Positions 59,282 to 64,000 of a stretch of DNA of 64,000 bases are shown here, in pieces. The translations under genes and the position numbers were made by a program. Numbering within the stretch: the stretch's first letter is position 1; each line of letters starts with the position of its first letter. Source of the DNA: Anaerolineae bacterium (GTDB lineage: Bacteria; Chloroflexota; Anaerolineae; UBA1429); NCBI GenBank assembly GCA_963675785.1, contig OY776562.1:704001-768000 (forward strand), in the 5' to 3' direction. The notes beneath the pieces were generated by a model. It worked only from the letters and a program-made list of their open reading frames with translations, made no database searches and was not told the origin of the DNA.

Positions 59282-60107
59282 CATCCTACGCAAAGAACTC
59301 CGTTTTCGCCTGAGCGGCATGTTCTGGTGGTTTATTGGCGGATTGAGCTTGGCACTGATGGAGGTAGCGATCTTTCCCTCTATGGCCTCGCAATTGAGCG
59401 GCATGGATTTTCCCGCCTTTTTCGAGTTGTTTGGCCCTGTTGCTCAAATGTATACGATCGAAGGATTCTTATCCGTCGAGATGTTCGGATTCATGGTGCC
59501 GCTGGTGGTATGCATTTACGGCGTGGTGTTGGGCGCCAACCTTTTGGGTGGCGAAGAAGACGAGGGCACGCTTGAAATCCTGGCAGCTTTGCCCGTTCGT
59601 CGTTGGAAGATCGTGGTAGGCAAGGCTATCGCCTTGGCTGTTCTGGTTCTCATCCCTTTAGTGGGCATGTTGTTGGGCACGATTTTGGGTCTGGAATATA
59701 TTCAAGACCAATTGACAAGTACTATCGAGATGCGCCTGTTGCTGCTCAATACGTTGTTTTCCTGGCCGCTCGCGCTCGCATTTGCTTATCTGGGGTTGTG
59801 GTTGGGGGCCTATTTGCCAACGCGCTCGATCGCATCTTCGTTTGGCACTTCGCTGGCGGTCATCGCTTATTTTATGGATACGCTCGGTGGAATGGTGCCA
59901 GCCTTACAGGATTACCGCCTGTATTCCCCCATGTATTACTACAGAAGCCTCGATGTGCTTCATGGAGAGTTGGATTGGGGCGCGCCAGCGCTGTTGCTGG
60001 GGCTTGCAGCAATCCTTTTGCTGTTTGCTCTGGCCAGCTTTGCCCGGCGCAACATCACCGTCCATGCCTGGCCCTGGCAACGCAATCGTCAGCTTGATGC
60101 GGAATAA
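59274..60107 (+). CDS. ABC-2 type permease
   Basis: GTG start after GAGGAGG, overlapping the ATPase; GEE..GTLE.L...PV.R..I..GK; 6 TM helices. Confidence 0.88.
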   Translation: MYSILRKELRFRLSGMFWWFIGGLSLALMEVAIFPSMASQLSGMDFPAFFELFGPVAQMYTIEGFLSVEMFGFMVPLVVCIYGVVLGANLLGGEEDEGTLEILAALPVRRWKIVVGKAIALAVLVLIPLVGMLLGTILGLEYIQDQLTSTIEMRLLLLNTLFSWPLALAFAYLGLWLGAYLPTRSIASSFGTSLAVIAYFMDTLGGMVPALQDYRLYSPMYYYRSLDVLHGELDWGAPALLLGLAAILLLFALASFARRNITVHAWPWQRNRQLDAE

Positions 60108-60142
60108 AAAAAAGAGGCGCTCACAAGAGCGCCTCTTTTTTT
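60107..60142. terminator. bidirectional intrinsic terminator
   Basis: A7-GAGGCGCTC-ACAA-GAGCGCCTC-T7. Confidence 0.85.
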
Positions 60143-60713
60143 ATAGTTCGCCCGGTGCAACATTGACCGGCCCAATAAAGGCTTGGCCATCCTCCAGGAC
60201 GATTCGCGTAACAGCGCCAAAATCGAGAGGCGGACATTCGTCCAGCGAGCGCCAGTCTTTGCCATGCCAGGCCAGCATCATCATCTGGATCACATCCTCA
60301 TGGGCCACAATAAGAACTCGCTCAAAGCCATAGTTGTCCATGAATATCTCGATGCGTGGCATAACGGCCGTAACACGAATCCAGGCTCGTTTTTGCCCGG
60401 TAATAACTTGGTCTTCCGTCCATTGAGCCATCACCGGGTGCCCAAAGGGATCGAGCATGAGGTCATCAACATTCACGGCCTGAAACTCTTCCAAATCCCA
60501 GCGGGTCATATCAGGAATCTCCGCCAAAATGATGTTGGCCGTCTCTTCGGCGCGAATCATGGTGCTAGAGATCAAAAAACGAATATCCAGTCGCTTGCAC
60601 ATCTCGGCCAACTGGAGGCTCTGCGTTTGGCCTAGCTCAGTCAAGCTTGCGGCAAACAAATCGATGCTATGGTCGTAATCCACATGTCCGTGGCGTGCCA
60701 GATAAAGCTCCAT
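60141..60713 (-). CDS. histidine phosphatase (phosphoglycerate mutase-like) family protein
   Basis: YLARHG, LTELG..Q, SS...RA.ETA, VLIVAH. Confidence 0.85.
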   Translation of the reverse strand: MELYLARHGHVDYDHSIDLFAASLTELGQTQSLQLAEMCKRLDIRFLISSTMIRAEETANIILAEIPDMTRWDLEEFQAVNVDDLMLDPFGHPVMAQWTEDQVITGQKRAWIRVTAVMPRIEIFMDNYGFERVLIVAHEDVIQMMMLAWHGKDWRSLDECPPLDFGAVTRIVLEDGQAFIGPVNVAPGEL

Positions 60714-60856
60714 TGCGCTCCTCATTAGCTTGCAAACCCCCTAATTCTAGGCTGGGCCAGAGTCAGGGTCAAAATGTCATCGGGCAGCTTATGAGATATT
60801 CACGCCCTGTGCCCCCAATGGGGCTATGCTATAGACGTATCAACAAAGGAGTGCTC

Positions 60857-61591
60857 ATGATGCGCGGTTTTACCTTGATAGAGACATTGATTGTGCTAGC
60901 CATTCTGGCCGTACTAGTGGCCATGGTTTCTCTTGCTGTTGGCCCGGTCATTGCCCAGGCCAACACTGAGGCAGCGCAGGCCGAGTTCGAGGCTGTCTCT
61001 ACGGCGCTGGTAGCTTTCAAAACGCTGGACGGAATCGAGGGCGCAGTGCTCCCTGAGCGTGAGGCGCCCGCAGTCATCACCGAGGCCGATAGCGATGCGC
61101 CATTCAAGGTCTATCTCAACTATCTGCCGACGCGGTTTGCCTATGCCTGGACTTTAGATGGAGTGCTAACCCAACTCGCCAATGATACGGTACAGGCGCT
61201 TACACCATTGGGCAGCACGCCCCAAGAGATATCCACCAGCATTCTTGCCCTCATGACAGCTCTCTACGATGAGACCGGCCATTGGGCGCGCAGTTGGTCG
61301 CCCTACAGCTACACTGATCTCGGCCTGGATGCTGACGTGTGGGGAGAGGCCATCGGCGGCATTCGCTATGGCCCCAACAGCGCCTATCTAGGCCTGGCCA
61401 ACGTGTCGGGCGATGAGTACCAGGTGTATGTGCAGACGATCGATGGCGTAGAGATGCACCTCATCGATAGCTGGAACATCTGGATTAGTGCTTTGGATGG
61501 CCGCGCCTACTATCATCTCAAGCCAGAGGGGCAGGATCCAGAGGATATTATTGAGGTGGACCCCAGCACCATTGAGGTACGTAGCGAATAA
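60857..61591 (+). CDS. type IV pilin-like protein (prepilin N-terminal methylation motif)
   Basis: AAGGAG RBS, then MMRG^FTLIETLIVLAILAVL with Glu at +5. Confidence 0.85.
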   Translation: MMRGFTLIETLIVLAILAVLVAMVSLAVGPVIAQANTEAAQAEFEAVSTALVAFKTLDGIEGAVLPEREAPAVITEADSDAPFKVYLNYLPTRFAYAWTLDGVLTQLANDTVQALTPLGSTPQEISTSILALMTALYDETGHWARSWSPYSYTDLGLDADVWGEAIGGIRYGPNSAYLGLANVSGDEYQVYVQTIDGVEMHLIDSWNIWISALDGRAYYHLKPEGQDPEDIIEVDPSTIEVRSE

Positions 61592-61613
61592 GAACTGGTA
61601 GACGAAAAGCAGA

Positions 61614-61643
61614 ACGGGGGGACAGTTTAGACTGTCCCCCCGT
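61614..61643. terminator. intrinsic terminator between convergent genes
   Basis: ACGGGGGGACAGT-TTAG-ACTGTCCCCCCGT. Confidence 0.75.
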
Positions 61644-61686
61644 CGTTGTTTTGGTTCTGAAGCGTCTCGATCTTTGACCGAAGGTC

Positions 61687-62457
61687 TTACAGACCCTTGG
61701 CTTCTGCGCCCAGCGTGATCAGGGCGATGAAATCTTCAGCCTTGAGGCTGGCACCGCCGATGAGCCCGCCGTCGATATTTGGCTTGGCCATCAGTTCGCT
61801 CACGTTAGAGGGCTTCATGCTGCCGCCGTACTGAATCCGCACGGCTTCAGCGGTCTTGTCGCAGTAGAGCTTGGCTACAGTAGCGCGTACCACGGCGCCG
61901 CAAACTTCTTCAGCGTCCTCGGCAGTGGCGGCTAGGCCGGTGCCGATGGCCCAAATGGGCTCATAGGCGATGACTAGAGAGGCCACCTGCTCGGCTGAGA
62001 GGCCCTTGAGCGCGCCTTCAACTTGCCCAGAGACCCAGTCGTTGGTCTCACCGTTCTGGCGCTGTTCCAGCGTTTCTCCCACGCATACGATGGGGGTCAG
62101 GCCATAGGCGAACGCCGCATGGATCTTTTTGTTGACGGTTTCATCGGTCTCGCCGAAATAAGCGCGGCGTTCCGAGTGACCGATAATCACATAACTAGCG
62201 ACTTCTTTGACCATGCCCGGGGCTACTTCGCCGGTAAAGGCGCCGTTGGCCTCCCAGTACATGTCCTGTACACCCACGCCCAGCTCGGTGCCTTTGCATA
62301 GTTCGGCCACGGCCGGAACGGCCAGAAACGGCGGGCAGAACACTTTGTCGATACCATCGACAGCCAGTAGCTCGTCCTTCATCGCCGATACCAGCTCCAC
62401 CGCTTCGGCGATGGTCTTGTTCATCTTCCAGTTGCCAGCAATAATTGGCTTGCGCAT
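61687..62457 (-). CDS. tpiA: triosephosphate isomerase
   Basis: IAGNWKMN, GHSERR, AYEPIWAIGTG, YGGS, GGASL. Confidence 0.98.
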   Translation of the reverse strand: MRKPIIAGNWKMNKTIAEAVELVSAMKDELLAVDGIDKVFCPPFLAVPAVAELCKGTELGVGVQDMYWEANGAFTGEVAPGMVKEVASYVIIGHSERRAYFGETDETVNKKIHAAFAYGLTPIVCVGETLEQRQNGETNDWVSGQVEGALKGLSAEQVASLVIAYEPIWAIGTGLAATAEDAEEVCGAVVRATVAKLYCDKTAEAVRIQYGGSMKPSNVSELMAKPNIDGGLIGGASLKAEDFIALITLGAEAKGL

Positions 62458-62506
62458 GTCACATCCCTTTTTTCATATCTTTAGGCCTGAGCCCTGAATA
62501 ACCGAA

Positions 62507-63955
62507 TTACTTTAGCTTTTCCAACTCTTGCATGAGCGCTTCTCGGGCTACATGGGGGTTGGCGCTGCCCTTGGTGGCTTTCATCACCTGGCCCACCAAA
62601 AAGCCCAACACCTGGGTCTTGCCCTCCAAGAACTGCCCCACCGGGCCGGGGTTATCGGCCAGCACCTGGCGCACAATGGTTGCTACCGCGTTGCCATCAC
62701 TAATCTGTTCCAACCCCTTGCGCTTGACGATGATCTCGGGATCGTCGCCGCAGGAGAACATCTCGGTCAGCACGTCTTTGGCGGCACTGTTGCTGATGGC
62801 GCCGTCGGCAACCAACTTGAGCAAAGCTCCCAGCTGGGCCGGCTGTACGTTACAGGCATTGATACTGCTGCTGGTTTCGTTCAGTAGACGGAACAGCTCG
62901 CCGGTCATCCAGATAGCAATCGTCTGCGACTCGGCACCGTCGCTGGCTTTGACCGTTTCTTCGAAATAGGCGGCGATCTCTTGATCTTCGACTAGCAGTC
63001 CGGCTTCTTCGGCGCGTACGCCCAGTTCCTGCTGAAAACGCTGCTTTTTGGCATAGGGCAGCTCGGGGATGGCCGCTTTCAGACCGGCAACCCACGCCCT
63101 ATCCGGGAACAGAGGGGGCAAATCTGGCTCTGGGAAATAACGATAATCATCGGCCGCTTCTTTGCTGCGCTGGAAAACCGTCTTGTGGGCCGATTCGTCC
63201 CAACCCATGGTGACCTGCACAACCTCGCCGCCGCTCTCGATGACGGCGATTTGCCGCGCAATTTCGTAATCGATGGCCTGCCGCACTGAGCGGAACGAGT
63301 TAATGTTCTTGACCTCAACTTTGGTGCCAAAGGGCTCGGTGCCTACGGGCCGAACAGAGATGTTGGCCTCGCAGCGCATGGCGCCCTCTTCCATATTGCC
63401 CGTACACACACCCAGGTAACGCAAAACGCTGCGCAGACGCGTCACGTATAGCCAAGCCTCTTCTGCTGTGCGCATATCGGCCTCGGTCACGATTTCCATG
63501 AGGGGTACACCAGCACGGTTGAAATCGATGAGGCTCTGTCCGTCAATGTGCACCAACTTGGCGGTGTCCTCTTCCAAGTGCACGCGCCGAATTCCGATGC
63601 GCTTGGGCTCAACGCCGCTTGGCTCAACCCAAAGCTCACCGTTCACGCAAAAGGGCAGATCGTATTGTGAGATCTGATACCCTTTGGGCAGGTCGGGATA
63701 GTTGTAATTCTTGCGGTCGAACTTGCAGTATTCGGGGATCTCGCAGTTTAGCGCCAGACCGGTGCGGATAGTGGCCTCCACAGCGGCCTCGTTGATGACG
63801 GGCAAAACGCCGGGCATCGCGAGGCACACCGGGCAGGTGTGGGTGTTTGGGGGTGTCGAGGCGTAATCGGCCGAACACCCGCAAAACATCTTGGACCGCG
63901 TCAGAATCTGCGCATGGACTTCCATGCCAATGACTGCTTCATAGTCCATGGCCAT
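62507..63955 (-). CDS. gatB: Asp-tRNA(Asn)/Glu-tRNA(Gln) amidotransferase subunit B
   Basis: [54 protein letters not shown]. Confidence 0.97.
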   Translation of the reverse strand: MAMDYEAVIGMEVHAQILTRSKMFCGCSADYASTPPNTHTCPVCLAMPGVLPVINEAAVEATIRTGLALNCEIPEYCKFDRKNYNYPDLPKGYQISQYDLPFCVNGELWVEPSGVEPKRIGIRRVHLEEDTAKLVHIDGQSLIDFNRAGVPLMEIVTEADMRTAEEAWLYVTRLRSVLRYLGVCTGNMEEGAMRCEANISVRPVGTEPFGTKVEVKNINSFRSVRQAIDYEIARQIAVIESGGEVVQVTMGWDESAHKTVFQRSKEAADDYRYFPEPDLPPLFPDRAWVAGLKAAIPELPYAKKQRFQQELGVRAEEAGLLVEDQEIAAYFEETVKASDGAESQTIAIWMTGELFRLLNETSSSINACNVQPAQLGALLKLVADGAISNSAAKDVLTEMFSCGDDPEIIVKRKGLEQISDGNAVATIVRQVLADNPGPVGQFLEGKTQVLGFLVGQVMKATKGSANPHVAREALMQELEKLK

Positions 63956-64000
63956 GCTATCTCCTTTCCAGAACTACCTCGCGCATTATAGCAGAGAGGA

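Noticed and set aside
60647-60856. N-terminal extension of the pilin ORF in the track
   Set aside because: It overlaps the divergent phosphatase gene; the RBS and prepilin motif place the start at 60857.

Overview
Bacterial chromosomal window, about 55-60% GC by eye. Gene style suggests Chloroflexota/Anaerolineae (C-terminal 'YLPL' tails, GT-C glycosyltransferases, many UroD-like and sugar genes); this assignment is inference. Most of the window is carbohydrate catabolism (GH78, GH172/DUF2961, a GH43-like propeller, GH29, GH42, RspA-type dehydratase, aldose epimerase, ThuA, ManA, ROK, FGGY, FAH, two UroD-like genes), surface glycosylation (rfbD, two GT2, two GT-C) and housekeeping genes (metG, tpiA, gatB, SNF2+SWIM, three M42 peptidases, an ABC exporter). 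Two loci stand out. (1) A three-gene surface locus at 5700-18783: a 3185-aa DUF11/isopeptide-repeat adhesin, a small LPETG-anchored protein and a secreted C25 (gingipain/PorU-like) cysteine peptidase. The adhesin and the peptidase share a C-terminal YLPL tail, so this is a candidate undescribed protein sorting/assembly system. (2) A stand-alone, AT-rich 1145-aa reverse transcriptase-nitrilase fusion (UG/Abi, DRT1-like anti-phage RT) lying between thuA and manA with no visible partner gene. A possible 40-codon leader ORF also precedes metG. No rRNA, tRNA, CRISPR array, transposase or integrase was recognised.
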